Assembly (NCBI RefSeq): GCF_001194135.2
Contig: NC_068997.1
Coordinates: 3,193,859-3,257,858 of the forward strand
Direction: 5' to 3'
DNA length: 64,000 bases
DNA from: Octopus bimaculoides
Lineage: Eukaryota
Of this stretch, positions 26,811 to 40,779 are shown in pieces. How positions within the stretch are numbered: the stretch's first letter is position 1; each line of letters begins with the position of its first letter. The notes under the pieces were generated by a model. That model searched no databases, had not been told where the DNA came from, and was given only the letters and a program-made list of their open reading frames with translations. The position numbers and the translations under genes were made by a program.

Positions 26811-27093
26811 GGAGACTACGTACAATATCAGAAATAGTTGTTCAACAGACGTTAACAATGTTAAAAATGAAAGAAAAATAAACAGTATCAATGACAAAAT
26901 AATAGGGTACGTGCAGAAGCCAAGACCGACATATCACGACATTGGTTTAGGTCCGTACCTCTAATTGTTTAGGGATTATTTGGTTACGGCATTAACTGCT
27001 TTCACAGTGATATTGAGAAGCTGGGTGTCACAAAACCAGCGGAGACACTGGTAATAATAAATTGTCAATTGCCTACCTTTAATAAAGATGTAG

Positions 27094-27545
27094 GTGTTGC
27101 TGTGTAGTAAGAATCTTGCTACCCAACCACAGGTTCTGTATTCAATCCCACACCGTAGTACCTTTGGCAAGTATCTTCTACTGAAGCCTTGGTTTGGACA
27201 AAGACTTGTGAATGGATCTGGTAGATGGAAACTAAAAGAAGCTCATCGTATAAATAAATGTGGAGGGTGCATGTGTGTGTGCGTGCATGTGCGTGTGTGT
27301 ATGTTAGTGTATGTGTGCGTGTGTGCGTGTGTACGTGTGTGTGTGTGTATCTTTGTGCCTATGTTTGTCCCTCACCACCGCTTGATAACGGGTAACTTAG
27401 CCTTTCGGCAAAACAGACTGATGGAACAAGTATCAGGCTTAACAGCAAAAGTGCCGAAGTCGATTGATTTGACAAAATATTCTTCAATGCGGTACCCCAG
27501 CATGGCTGTAGTGCAACGACTGAAACAAGTAGTAGAAAAAATAAA
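27094..27545 (+). mobile_element. SINE family B with internal (TG)n
   Basis: ACCTTTGGCAAGTATCTTCTACTG head, a (TG)-rich middle, then GTAACTTAGCC..CCCAGCATGGCTG..GACTGAAACAAGTAG. Confidence 0.82.
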
Positions 27546-27601
27546 ATGGTAAAGACGCCGCAAAATAGGCAAGATATTCCAGGTCTATTGTCCAAAATAT
27601 T

Positions 27602-27634
<33 letters not shown>

Positions 27635-28035
27635 TACACACATAAAACACATATGTGTAAGAGGGCAGCTTTTGATAAAAGTCTTTTCAAGTACTACCCT
27701 AATATTTAAAACCGAAAATACTGCTCAAGTTTCTGCTTTGAACTTCTGAGCTCAATGGCGTTAGAAAAAGAAACAGGGGTACCGAAACAGCTGTAAGTGG
27801 TCATTAAATATGTGCTAACCTCTTTGTCACCTTATTTGAAATTATATTTATTTCCTTCTTCGCTAGACCCACACATTGGATGTACCAGTGTCATAAGATG
27901 GTTCTTCTAAACCAGCAGAATCTCCATCTTCCTTGATACTCTAATTCAAAAATCGTAGATTTCCTCGAAGTTGGATTGAATGCTGCACTGGAAATATTCC
28001 GAGATTTTTTACCCTTTCAGGATCTCAGGATAATG

Positions 28036-28066
<31 letters not shown>

Positions 28067-29766
28067 CTCGTGCACGTGTGTGTGTGTGTGTGTGTGCTCG
28101 TGCACGTGTTTGTGTGTGTGTGCATGCGTGTGCATGTGCATGCGTGTGCGTGTGCATGCGTGTGCGTGTGCATGCGTGTGCGTGTGTATTTTATGTATGT
28201 ATGTATGTATGTATAGACGGTGCCCTCGCGTAGCCACGAGACGATAACTGAAAAAAGTGAAAGATGTATACACACACATACACACATACACACACTCACA
28301 CACATATACACTAATGGAAAGACCTAGATATGCTTTACAGAAACATTTAAAACACTGTAGAAATTATTTGTTTGTTAAACCTTTTATATTGCCTAAGTAA
28401 ATACAGCGAAGAAAGGAATATTTAAACGAGGTGTCAACAGCGATCTGTGACTGAAATATGACCAAGTTAGTCAAGAGTGGTGTGTATGAAAATCCTGATA
28501 AATCTGACGCCTTCATTCCGCAAGACGGTCATGTTTGGATAACTGTGAGTGAAAAATGTATCTTATGGCACATTATACAATTCTTAATAACACTCTTTAC
28601 ATCTTTGACTGTTTATTTGAAATTAATAGTCAGTTTAGTTTTTCCTAACTCTATAAACATAATGTCGACTCGAAAGATTTTTCAGTGTAGGACTATTGCT
28701 CAGTCACAAATTTATGACAGGATCTTGCTATATTACTTAGAAGAAATGCAGTATGAAGTACTTTATAGCTAAAATTGTAAAATCAACGCTATTTCACATA
28801 ACACCAGACACGTTCAAGTTCGGGAGAAACAGAGGTGAATTAGTTTTGGGATTTCACTCCTTCGAAAACTCATTGCAGAAAAAAAAAGCCTGTGAATCAC
28901 TCATGTGAATCATACTTGGCATTATGACCATTATGATAAAATACTTTAATCCTCGACTTTTTTTACAATGATTCCATATTCGAGGAGTCTTCTTTAATTT
29001 AAATTTTTCCCTTGATAGTGACTCACGTTCGCATATAAAGGAGGTTGTAATCTTCAAGTATTTAAAGCCACCAAATCAATCTCGTCTGTAAAAGGCATAT
29101 TCACATTATAATATTCTTTGCAGCCAATTTGTTTATCAACGAAGTCTTGGCTTCAGACAATATGTCGTCTTTTATGCCAAGATTCTCAACCTTAAAACAA
29201 ATTTCCGTGTTCTTTCATCAGTCTCCCTTTCAGTTGCAGCAATTTCAGAACATTAAAAATATGATTGAACTGGCGATATGAGATTGTTGATCAGTATGCT
29301 GTGATTTGAATTTCAATGTTATCAATCATTTTACTAGAGATATCTTTATTTCGGGGTTATCTCTCAACTGGCAGTTTTGAATAATTTTGGCTGAAGTCGA
29401 TGAGTTGTTCCCTTGTTTAGACGAATTATCTCAAGTAGCTCCAGATACTGAAGCAAAACAGTGCCAAGTAAACAGTGAAAAAAATCATCAATGACGTCAT
29501 CAAAAGGCGTTCCAAATAAATATTCAGACAACTCCGTTTTCCTCAAGCTTTAAAACATTGTTTGACATTAAGTACTTCATAAATTCAACAAAATTTATTT
29601 GAATAATAAAGTTGACAGATGAGGGATGATAAGGTTATAAAAACATATTTTTTCCCCTTTATTGTTACTGGTTCATATCTTGACAAAGTAACTTTTTCTG
29701 AATTGATCGACGTGTGTTGCAAATGGTTTGTTAACTTATGACTGATATCCGAAACCAGAGGAGGGA

Positions 29767-29950
29767 GGTGAGCTGGCAGACTCGTTAGTAGGTCGGACAG
29801 GATGCTCATCGATTTTTTCCAGTGTTTCCCTTCCGAGTGAAAATGCTGCCGTGGTCAACTTTGCCTTTCATCCTTTTGGAATCGATGATGTGTCATTTGA
29901 AAACTGGGAGTCAATGTATTCGATTAAACCCCTCCCACAAAATTCAGAGC
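29767..29950 (+). mobile_element. SINE family A, decayed
   Basis: GGTGAGCTGGCAGA..GGTCAACTTTGCCTTTCATCCTTTTGGAATCGAT. Confidence 0.75.
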
Positions 29951-30537
29951 TTTTCTTTATTATAGAAAGAAATATTAGGAACCAAGAGCTAAACACCAGA
30001 CCCTCCACAGCTCTTTATGACTGTGTCTTACGAACCTGCATAATTTAACATTAAATGACAATGGCTAAACTGGACACACAACAGGAATGTGGGTTCAATT
30101 CTTGCACCTAGTGCACGAGAAAGTGGGTGGGGGGAAGAATCATTTCATCAGTCCTGAAAATGGTGCGAGACTATACCTTTCAGTATTGTTTTGACAGAAA
30201 TGATAAACATGAGCGCTGAAATAAAGAAATTGTTGATGCGAGAATACATTGAATGAGTACCGTTGCATAATTCTCCGTGCTAAGCTATTGCATATTTCGA
30301 TTTCCTCGCTGACATCTGCCCAGGAAATAAAGGAAGTGAGGAACGTGGTACAGTTTCTGACGGAATCTGCTGCTCTTTTGTATAAATTAATTTTGCTAGT
30401 CGTGTTTTGTGGAGTGGCTAACGTAATCTTCTACTGAGACAAAGAATTCTGGGATGGTTTCACAGATCAGTAACTGTCTGTAGATTGGCGGTTAAATTGA
30501 TGGATAGGTTAGATGTATATTTGATCGATAGATAGAC

Positions 30538-30576
<39 letters not shown>

Positions 30577-30759
30577 GCGGTGAATAAATTGTCGTCTAAA
30601 TTACGCAAAAATGAGAATAACACTGACATTTCATTTTAACAGATAATTTTACCGAAATTACATAAAAATATCTTGANNNNNNNNNNNNNNNNNNNNNNNN
30701 NNNNNNNNNNNNNNNNNNNNNNNNNNNNNNNNNNNNNNNNNNNNNNNNNNNNNNNNNNN

Positions 30760-31460
30760 AATCTTCTGCAGCTCTTCTGGACGCTCTCCTTGTTTAAGTT
30801 GGTGAATGCTGCCATAATCCTTGCCTTCAGTTCATTTTTGGTGTTACAAGGGGTTTTGTTGGTCTCTCGCTCAACTGCGTCTTACACATGACAATCAAGG
30901 AGGTTGCAAACTGGGGTGTTAAGTGGCCAGATGATAGGGGTCATTGCTCTCCTACTTGTGTGGCATGGTGCAAAGTCCTGTTGCCAGACACAGGTCTTCC
31001 AGCAGTCATCCTCTTGACCCAGAGCAGCACTACCTCATCCACGCACTTGAAGTAGGCCTCCATGTTGAGTCTGAGGCCATGTGGGAAGATGAATAGAGGT
31101 ATAATTTCGCCATCAGTAGTGGTCACTACAAACACCATGATATTGATTGGATGTTTGATTTTTATCACTCTCGGTACGTGTTTTGGTGACACGTCATGCA
31201 AATGGTTATTCCGTGTTCTCCATCTGATCCTGACAGAAATGTTTCTCGTCTGAGGAAAAGTAAAACATGTTCGGTTGGAAGGGATGTTTGAGTTTGTTCA
31301 AAAGCTTCGTAGTGCGGTCTTTCCTTTCGTTATTGATGGCTTGAGATAAAAAAAAAATTAGTCCTTTCTCCTCTTGTATAAGGAATATTAAATATCTTCA
31401 TGCACTACCTGCTTGATAAGAAACTCAGGCACTCCCATGTCCCTGGTGATGGACCTGATC
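30760..31460 (-). mobile_element. Decayed Tc1/mariner transposase (DD37D/maT-like), 3' end lost in a gap
   Basis: FSSDEKHFCQD..KHPINIMVFVVTTTDGEIIPLFIFPHGLRLNMEAY..AVERETNKTPCNTKNELKARIMAAF. Confidence 0.85.
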
Positions 31461-31499
31461 TACTTGGAAGGATCGTTGTCTTGTCAATCACGCCCCCCC

Positions 31500-31619
31500 C
31501 CATCACGGTTTGACAACCGGTGTACTTACTTTTACGTCTCTGTAACTTAGCGGTTCGGCAAGAGACTGATAGAATAAGTACTAAGCTTTAAAAGATAAGT
31601 CCTGGGGTCGATTTGTTTG
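31500..31619 (+). mobile_element. SINE family B 3' module
   Basis: TTGACAACCGGTGT..GTAACTTAGCGGTTCGGCAAGAGACTGATAGAATAAGTAC..GTCCTGGGGTCGATTTGTTTG. Confidence 0.8.
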
Positions 31620-31751
31620 NNNNNNNNNNNNNNNNNNNNNNNNNNNNNNNNNNNNNNNNNNNNNNNNNNNNNNNNNNNNNNNNNNNNNNNNNNNNNNNNN
31701 NNNNNNNNNNNNNNNNNNNNNNNNNNNNNNNNNNNNNNNNNNNNNNNNNNN

Positions 31752-31801
<50 letters not shown>

Positions 31802-33084
31802 CATATATATATACATACATATTACTCGTACACTCATTCACACCGATATGTGCTCGCGCGCACAGACTTACATACACACATAAACGCACATATGTAGCTG
31901 ACTCAGATAGTGGTTTTATGTCGACAAATCCAAATTGAATTCATTTTGACAAGGAAGTCTCGAGCTGCTTGATAATTGCCACTACCATTATTTAGAGCTT
32001 TAACCATGCTATAAAGGGCGCCCCGTAAACAGTTAACAGACAATATAAATAAATATATTAATCTTGCTATATTTGTATAATACTTTCAATTTAATGTATA
32101 CATAAAATCCTTTTTACATAGGTGACACATTTCCTGAGACAAGACTAAATTCAGTTTGTTTCATGATTCTAGCTTTGTTCATACAACGTGATTCAGTTTG
32201 ATTTAAGTCCGACTGGAACTCATTTAAGTTTGATTGATTTTTATTTGATAACCAATCTACTTGATTGTCTATTTTCGTTTGATGCGGCTCATCAAACATT
32301 TGGCATTTTTTCTTAAATGGATGCAATTTTATTAGGAATATTTTCAATATTACCTATATATGCCATTTATTCTTTAGGCAAATCAGCTAAATTATTACGA
32401 AGTATGGAGATATTCTTTCGAGAAAATTATTGCAGTAACTTGGAATAAACATTTTATAGAAAGCTTACTTATTTAATCACGGTTTCTCCGAATTCGTAGT
32501 CAAGTTCGATACTTACTGAGTCTGACACTAAATTTATTTGTAGGGTTTGACATGTGGAGATGAAAGTCACCAATAGTACAAAAATGCTTCATAAAATACT
32601 TGTGTCGGAAATTAGAATCTAAAATCGTTTAGTTTTTCTGTTGTTATTACTGAACGCAGTTTAAGGAATAAATTGCTGATAATGCATAGTTGATAATTTA
32701 TAAGTCTTTCCTTCACACTAGGGAATGATTAACAAGACAACAAAATATTTTTTTTAAAAAACGAGAGATTTTGAGATTTTTAAGCTGAACCACATGATTC
32801 AGGATCTNNNNNNNNNNNNNNNNNNNNNNNNNNNNNNNNNNNNNNNNNNNNNNNNNNNNNNNNNNNNNNNNNNNNNNNNNNNNNNNNNNNNNNNNNNNNN
32901 NNNNNNNNNNNNNNNNNNNNNNNNNNNNNNNNNNNNNNNNNNNNNNNNNNNNNNNNNNNNNNNNNNNNNNNNNNNNNNNNNNNNNNNNNNNNNNNNNNNN
33001 NNNNNNNNNNNNNNNNNNNNNNNNNNNNNNNNNNNNNNNNNNNNNNNNNNNNNNNNNNNNNNNNNNNNNNNNGTGCGTGCGTGC

Positions 33085-33268
33085 GTGCGTGCGTGCGTGC
33101 GTGTGACCACTGCTTGACAACCGGTTTGGTGTGTTAGAGGTTCGGCAAAGGAAACACATAGAATAAATACGAGGTTTCAAAAGAACTGAATACGAAGGTC
33201 AATTCTTTCGACTAAATTTCTTCAAAGCGGTGCCCCAGCATGGCCGTAATCTAATGACTGAAACAGTT
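33085..33268 (+). mobile_element. SINE family B 3' module
   Basis: CCACTGCTTGACAACCGG..TTCGACTAAA..GCGGTGCCCCAGCATGGCCG..ATGACTGAAACAG. Confidence 0.78.
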
Positions 33269-33296
33269 GTACATTGTGGGTGATGTGTTACCGGCA

Positions 33297-33490
33297 CATA
33301 AAGGTCTATAAATGTAAGTGGTGCTTGATGACGTACCTTCTTCACGCATAAAGCTGTATAAATGTAGAGTGTAGGGGATGATGGTACCTGAACTCGTAAA
33401 GGTATATAAATGTATAGGGTGTCTGGTACCTCCACCCATAACCCTATATAAGTCTAGAATATGGCTGATCTGTATAACTGTAGACTTTGT
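33297..33490. repeat. Degenerate 45-50 bp minisatellite, 3-4 units
   Basis: Recurring ATAAAGxxxTATAAATGTA...GGTACCT unit. Confidence 0.6.
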
Positions 33491-33967
33491 GCTATATACT
33501 GTATCGATTGCACGCATATGACTTCTTATTCGTTGCCAGGTGTAAATGTAGGTGACCGTAAGTGTAAGTGTGTAAGTCTATCCAATATGCAATTACTTCA
33601 CAACTCATAAACATTGAACTAATCATTTCATATCATTCATATTTATGTCTTCATTAATTCAAAAGTCCACGTCTTTATTCATTTTGTTCATAAAAAACAA
33701 AAACATACATTCATAGTCTTAGTTTTCTGCTGTTTGTCTGCTTTTTTTTGTTTTGTTTTGTATTTCTTCTCCCATATTTCATATTTGCCATCTTCATACA
33801 TCCAATTCATGACGAAAATAGATATTCCATCATTAAATAATACTAGACAACTAAAAAATACACAAATATATGTGACAAAAACAAAAGCAAAAGCTTAGTG
33901 TGGCAATGGAGAACACAAGAACGAGAACTGATGACTACATATTTCTATTGTATTGTCTGCAATGCGT

Positions 33968-34148
<181 letters not shown>

Positions 34149-35222
34149 TGCTTGCTGTTGTTTCTACTGTTTGTTGTTGCTATTCGTATCGCCTGCATTT
34201 ATTACGTACATTATTCGACAGGAAGTAATGTTTGTAGTAGCGTTTTGGGCGAAAAACGTTGAACGATAGATTACATTCGCTCCGAAATGTGTCTATTGAT
34301 TCGCTACAAATAATTAAATTAAGCTGTATTCCATAGATACACTTTATGCAGAGATTTCAGGCCTTTATTTCCTAAATAATTTTCTCCTATAGTTTAAAAA
34401 TTTATTTGATTCTTCCGTTTCTCTTTTTTTTTTCTGTGTAGGTTTTTTAAATTACGATGTTGTTTTTTTTTTAAATACATTTTCAACATTATAGTTGCCA
34501 TTGTTGATGTTTTATACATTTTATTCATTTTTTGGTTTTGGCTTGTTTTAAATCGACATTTAATACGGATATCTTTGTGCGCAGACGATAATCTCAATCG
34601 ACGTCATCTTTGCTAAAACAGAATATTGTTCCTACATATTTGAAAGTTGTTCATTTAGTCCATTACACGGCTCATTGAATTAATTGGCGTTTTATCGTGT
34701 TTACATGATACAATGGTTGTTCGGTTGTGGTTTTGTGTGTCAAAAGTGTATAGAGGAGATTTCTGTTAGGAAACAAGGATCTTTGTTTTCTCGACTCCAA
34801 TACACAACGCTGAAAGGCAAAACACATGCAAACATGCATATATAAACATACATACATTTAGACGCGTACATATAAACATATTTACAATCATGCATACATA
34901 GATAAATGCATACATACATACATACATACATACATACATGCACAGAGAGTTAGGTACTGTACCGCAAGCATCTTAACACACATAGATGTAGACACATACA
35001 GATATGTGTACTTAGCGAAATAAACGTACATCTCGGAACATATACGTAAATGTATATACATACAGATGTGGACATCTATAGAGATAAAGATACACATATA
35101 AACACAGTAATATGTGCACGACATTTGTATACACACATGGAATGACAGCAATAGATATACTCATACACATACAGAAATGCGCAGAAACACAATTACAAAC
35201 ACATACCCATTTACATACACAC

Positions 35223-35260
<38 letters not shown>

Positions 35261-35272
35261 NNNNNNNNNNNN

Positions 35273-35315
<43 letters not shown>

Positions 35316-35389
35316 CTACATATACAGTATACATACGCATATACACATAGCAACAAATATACATGTTGGTATACATATTGGTTTCAAAT

Positions 35390-35500
35390 TTTAGCCCTCG
35401 AAAAAGGTGAAAGGCAAGGTCGACCTGGACGGAATTTGAACTCGAAATATAAAGACTACTTTGCACGGCGTGCTAGGGATTCTGTCAATTCGCCGCCTTA
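35390..35500 (-). mobile_element. SINE family A 5' half
   Basis: GGTGAAAGGCAAGGTCGACC..GGAATTTGAACTC..CGGCGTGCTAG..ATTCGCCGCC. Confidence 0.75.
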
Positions 35501-35949
35501 ACAAATATCAGTAAACATACACGCGTAGACAAGCAACAACACTTATAAATACACACATATACGCGCAGCCTACTATAACATTAATACATACAAACGTTCC
35601 ATTACATATATACACATAGAATGGCATTACACCTTTAAACTATACACTCGTTCAATGTCCGAGTATTGAAGATGTCTCCTGGAGTTATGTTGAACAGGTG
35701 ATGTATTCAGAGCACGGAGCAAGTTATTCGTCGACAATGACGGATGATCGCTCTACTGATTTCCTTTGACTGTGCAGCACAGATAACACTCCTTTGTCTC
35801 GTAATTATGGGGATGCAAATTGCATGGTGGATACATATGTAATGATTAAGGAGAAGTGGTGTTCACCCCGGTCATTACAACCAAGTCACAACAAAATTAT
35901 TATCCGGGGGTATTGACATATCCCGATCATAAGCGAGTAAATCGGAAGA

Positions 35950-36400
35950 CACATATGGGAGAAGATACTTGCACTTCTCATTAAATGCAATCTAGGATTG
36001 TGGAGTCCTTAAAATGGTCCTACAGCATCACTTCCAAGTTAGATACCCAAACTACAATACTTTAATATTCATAAAAAAACACTTTTACCAACGATCGCCA
36101 TTGTGAAAATTTCAATGTACTTAAATGCGTCCTGGTTTGCAAATAATTTAGATAGCATAAAGCTTTATAACCAAAATACATTTACATCCTAAACAATCGA
36201 CACCAATACATACATAATCCCCAACACCAAGACAACTATAACGATTTCTCACCAAACATCATCTTCTTTTCTACACACTTCACTACAACACATTGACAAC
36301 AATTCCTTTAATTTGTTCACACTTTCTACCAATTATCATCACAGTACATACATCCTTGAAGAGAGCAAAAACACGTTTGCAAACTGAAATCGAGTTCCAA
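35950..36400 (+). mobile_element. Decayed Penelope-like 3' end and pLTR (tentative)
   Basis: QVRYPNY..KHF and SFITKI resemble the GIY-YIG C-terminus of the 9222 copy; followed by C/A-rich non-coding sequence with a hammerhead-like relic. Confidence 0.4.
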
Positions 36401-36499
36401 TTCTAAAAAGAGTGAAAATTTCCCAAATCCCATAATACCGGAATTTCATACATTCAACACTATAGACGGAGAAAAAACGCATTCTACAATACAACCCAA

Positions 36500-36830
36500 T
36501 TCTTTCACAACTCTACACTAGTTCTACTACAATGCAGCACAAGTTGTTCCACGACACAACCCTATTTTCCACAGCACATACTCAGTTCTTCCACAACATA
36601 TTCTTAGTTCTTCCTCAACATATCTCCAGTTCTTCTACAATGCAACAACAGCTCTTCCATATCTGAACCTCAGTTCTTCCATATTACAACACCAGTTCTT
36701 TCATGACATTATCTTAACTCTTCCAAATACAACTGCAGTTCTTCTACAAAACAGCATCAGTTCTTTTTCAACGCAACCCCAGTTTTTCCACAACATACCA
36801 ACAATTCTTCCTCAATACGAACTTTGTTGT
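36500..36830. repeat. Degenerate minisatellite of about 21 bp (CAGTTCTTCCACAACATACTC-like), roughly 15 units
   Basis: CAGTTCTTC(C/T)A recurs every 20-22 bp. Confidence 0.85.
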
Positions 36831-38384
36831 GTCGTGGAATATACATATCAACCAGGGACAAATAATGTGAGCATCAAGCGAAGAATAAGAAAATAAAAAC
36901 AGAAAATAAAAATGGAAAGAATCAAAAAATAGAAAAGAAGGACAGAATAAATCGTTAACAAATTCCCTGAAAAAGTATGAATCATTTGTAGCTAATATGT
37001 CTATAATTAACACTAAAACATGATAATTCTTAATTAGTAGCATCAGAAATATCAATAAAGGTCAGGCCACCATTATGACAACAACAACAATATTAAGACA
37101 TATACATTACACTAAACAAAGGCTCTCATCAGATATTTTTTCTAAAAAGAGTCACCAAAAACAAAACAAAGCCACAGAGACGCATCGTCCACCGAGATAA
37201 CACATGATTTTGAGTCCTTCTTTCCATCAGATATTCCTTCTTTCCATCAGACATTCAAAAGTTTCAGAATAGGACAAAATTCTAAAAATACACCTAATTC
37301 TCTTCAATTCCATGGAGGGATGGAGTTCTGTGAGAATTTAGAATACTGAGATGTTTGAATTGAAAACATTGAGGGATGAAAGGAAAACGATATAACCAGT
37401 ATTGTCCGACACTTTGCACTCTATGCCAAATATGCAAATGGCTACAAATAACAGTCAAGTTACCTTCAAATCACGTCTTGTCTTACAAAGGGACATAACT
37501 GGATAATATAATCTCTAATATACCTAAACTTTTGATAGGACCTCACAGATGAATCTTATAATAGTTCTTATGAGTGAGGGATGCCCAAGGATTCAACAAT
37601 CGATATAAAATTATTTTCGTGAAATATTTTATATCGATTGTATAAAACGTTAAATATTGATTTCTAAAATTGACATAATGCGTCACACATTTTACAGCAT
37701 GGCATGATCGATTAAATCGAACTTGTCTTTGATTGGTAGTTACGGTATCGATCCCAGGTAGATGAAAGTAAAAGTTAATTAGAACAGGATTAGAACTCAG
37801 ACTATAAATTTTTGTAACTAGACACTTTGAATTATTCCCTATCGATTTTGTCACCCTCCTCCCAGTATAGTTATTAAAATATTTAATGGAGACAAATGTG
37901 GTGGATTTTTGTGGAGCAGGAGAGTCAACACCCTTTAAATTCCGGACGAAATACTTTGCTGTTTTTAGATTCGTCCATTGATTTTCTCAAAGATCGATTT
38001 TAAACCTCATCCTTCCAGGGTCAAGAAAATATTTAGCAATTCATGTTCTTCAATCCTAGAACAACAGAAAAGTGATTGTAATTTATTTTTGTCCTTTTCT
38101 GAAAATATATCGTCAAATAAAAAGCTTCTCGTTTTAAGACCGAAGGAAGAAATTTGAAGTAAATTGCCTGGTATTTCAGCGATCCAAAATTTTCATGGTT
38201 CATTTGGTTGTCCATAGTCATTGTATAAGTTGAAATATGTTAATTTAAAATCACACACACACACAAACACAACCACAAACAATTACACACCAACATACAC
38301 AAATAAATGATGATAGTGATTATGATGTTAGTTTTCGCTCGTAGTTTGAGAATGATGCTTCTACAGTATCTTTCTGAACTCCTT

Positions 38385-38605
38385 GCACAAATGATTTGGT
38401 TATAGTGATCAAATGTATGTGCTGTACATTGGTTCGCTCAATCCATAAAATTGATATTACCTCCCTGTACTGGCGCACGGTGTACCACACGTCAGGTGTT
38501 GAAGTGATCACAAAGCAATGTAAGATGAAGTGTTTTTAAACACCACGCACTATCCAGTCCAAGAACTGAAACCACGATCTCCCGATCGTGAGTACAACAC
38601 TCTGT
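38385..38605 (-). mobile_element. SINE family D
   Basis: Reverse complement ACCTGACGTGTGGTACACC..TTTGATCACTATAACCAAATC matches the 11288 copy. Confidence 0.75.
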
Positions 38606-39369
38606 GGTCATGCACCCTCACGTGGTTGTGAACCCTCGCACTCACAAATAAACAGACACACACAGGCATAAACACGCTCATCTCTAAGCACAAATGCACT
38701 AACAACTTGCTTTCCATGTTTTGTCCTCAGTTTTCGTCCAATGCACTCCCATATGAACGTCAATAAAAGCAGTTTCCGTATACAACATTGCATCATTTAA
38801 GAAAAATCAATCTGCGGATATGAATATAATAGCTGTAAGGAGTGGTTAATTAACTGAAGACGGATGTAAATTAAAGATTAATAAATCGTAATTAGATTAA
38901 TTGCTGAACGATTTGCATAAGAGAAAGTGACCTGAATCTACTGCATTACAATGACAACTTGAAGATATCGCATATTGGAAAGGATATTGACAATTAAGAT
39001 GGCCTCTTTTTCGTTTCTTTCTTTTGATCACACTGCTTTCGCGGATTCCCACGTCTTTCTGTCACCATCCAGTTTCATTATCATGAATTTGAATTGGAGA
39101 CTTTAGTTGTAGTGAATCTTTCATCAACTGACTACACAACCATAGACGCTGCCCCTAGGGATGCGTTGCAGTTACTCTCTTAATAGAGCTTGATACTCTT
39201 GACAGTTCTGCTGGGTTTCCACTGTTCAGCGTTGGCTCAGCTGAGGTTTTCCACTAGGGTCTTCATAATCCGCCAAACTGCAGTCCCCAGATTTCGCGTA
39301 TCACTGGCAGGGTGGCTGTACAGTTGCTATGCCTTGCCACAGGGCAACCCGTAACTATGCAGGCCACGG

Positions 39370-39575
39370 TCCTCAGACCTTTCAGACCAAGTCTACCTGA
39401 GCGAAATGCTGTTGATTTCTTTTCCTTTGAATCATACAATCACTTTGTTGACTGTGGCAAGAGGAATCTCACTGTTTTGTGGAATCTTACGCTGGTTATA
39501 TCCAACATCAGATTGACCCACGATACACCCTCTTTGAAAATCAATCAATTCTTTTGCTTTTGGTGTTCGCGGCAT
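39370..39575 (-). mobile_element. Tc1 transposase N-terminal HTH fragment (not in the ORF track)
   Basis: Manual translation [49 protein letters not shown], then frameshifted RSGR; parallels the 11546-11734 peptide. Confidence 0.8.
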
Positions 39576-39673
39576 GGCTATATGCTATAAACAATTAAGA
39601 TGCTGTAATCTGGAATGAAAAATAATAATCGGTCATAAAAAGCTTCATGCACAGCTTCATGAGGGTATCTCTC

Positions 39674-39715
<42 letters not shown>

Positions 39716-40066
39716 NNNNNNNNNNNNNNNNNNNNNNNNNNNNNNNNNNNNNNNNNNNNNNNNNNNNNNNNNNNNNNNNNNNNNNNNNNNNNNNNNNNNN
39801 NNNNNNNNNNNNNNNNNNNNNNNNNNNNNNNNNNNNNNNNNNNNNNNNNNNNNNNNNNNNNNNNNNNNNNNNNNNNNNNNNNNNNNNNNNNNNNNNNNNN
39901 NNNNNNNNNNNNNNNNNNNNNNNNNNNNNNNNNNNNNNNNNNNNNNNNNNNNNNNNNNNNNNNNNNNNNNNNNNNNNNNNNNNNNNNNNNNNNNNNNNNN
40001 NNNNNNNNNNNNNNNNNNNNNNNNNNNNNNNNNNNNNNNNNNNNNNNNNNNNNNNNNNNNNNNNNN

Positions 40067-40127
<61 letters not shown>

Positions 40128-40687
40128 TATATGTGTGTGTATGTGTGTGTCATCATACTTCAATATGTCAATAATCAACAATATCAACAACAGATGTTAT
40201 TACAAACACAAAAAGACAACCAACAACAAAAAAATTAAAGGCATGGTTATATATGTTTCCATTTCTAATATTCCATTAATAGCATTCTGCGTTGTTGTGT
40301 GATATTACAGAAGAATGTAGTGCTATCCTTGTGAATTATCAAGCTGATATGAATATATGTTTTAGAGAATAGAATTGTTAAGATAGTTACAGTGTCCCAG
40401 CTGGAGGGAAATTTCTTTTCAAAACTCTCATAATAAATATTGTACATTAATTTTTTTTTTTACAAAATACTCGTGGTTCTGCTGTTTTGTGCTATACTTC
40501 TACTATTCACTGCTGTTTTCTAGTTTTAGGTTTTGCTGTTACCTTAAGAAAATACTGGTTCATGGTTGTTTTTTTTTTAACACTGGAGACACCCTTTATC
40601 TACACCATATTAACACTTTTCCCTCTCCCTGCCTCCATTTTTTTTCTCTCTTACTATTTCTCTGACTGTCTGCCTGCGTGTATGTCT

Positions 40688-40779
<92 letters not shown>

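Noticed and set aside
36500-36830. Regularly spaced repeat considered as a CRISPR array
   Set aside because: Units are contiguous and degenerate with no unique spacers, no cas genes are present, and the context is eukaryotic.
39280-39350. Possible HDV-like ribozyme (GGTTGC/GCAACT as P1, GCGAA as J4/2) on the minus strand
   Set aside because: There is no room for P2/P3 and no L3 consensus.
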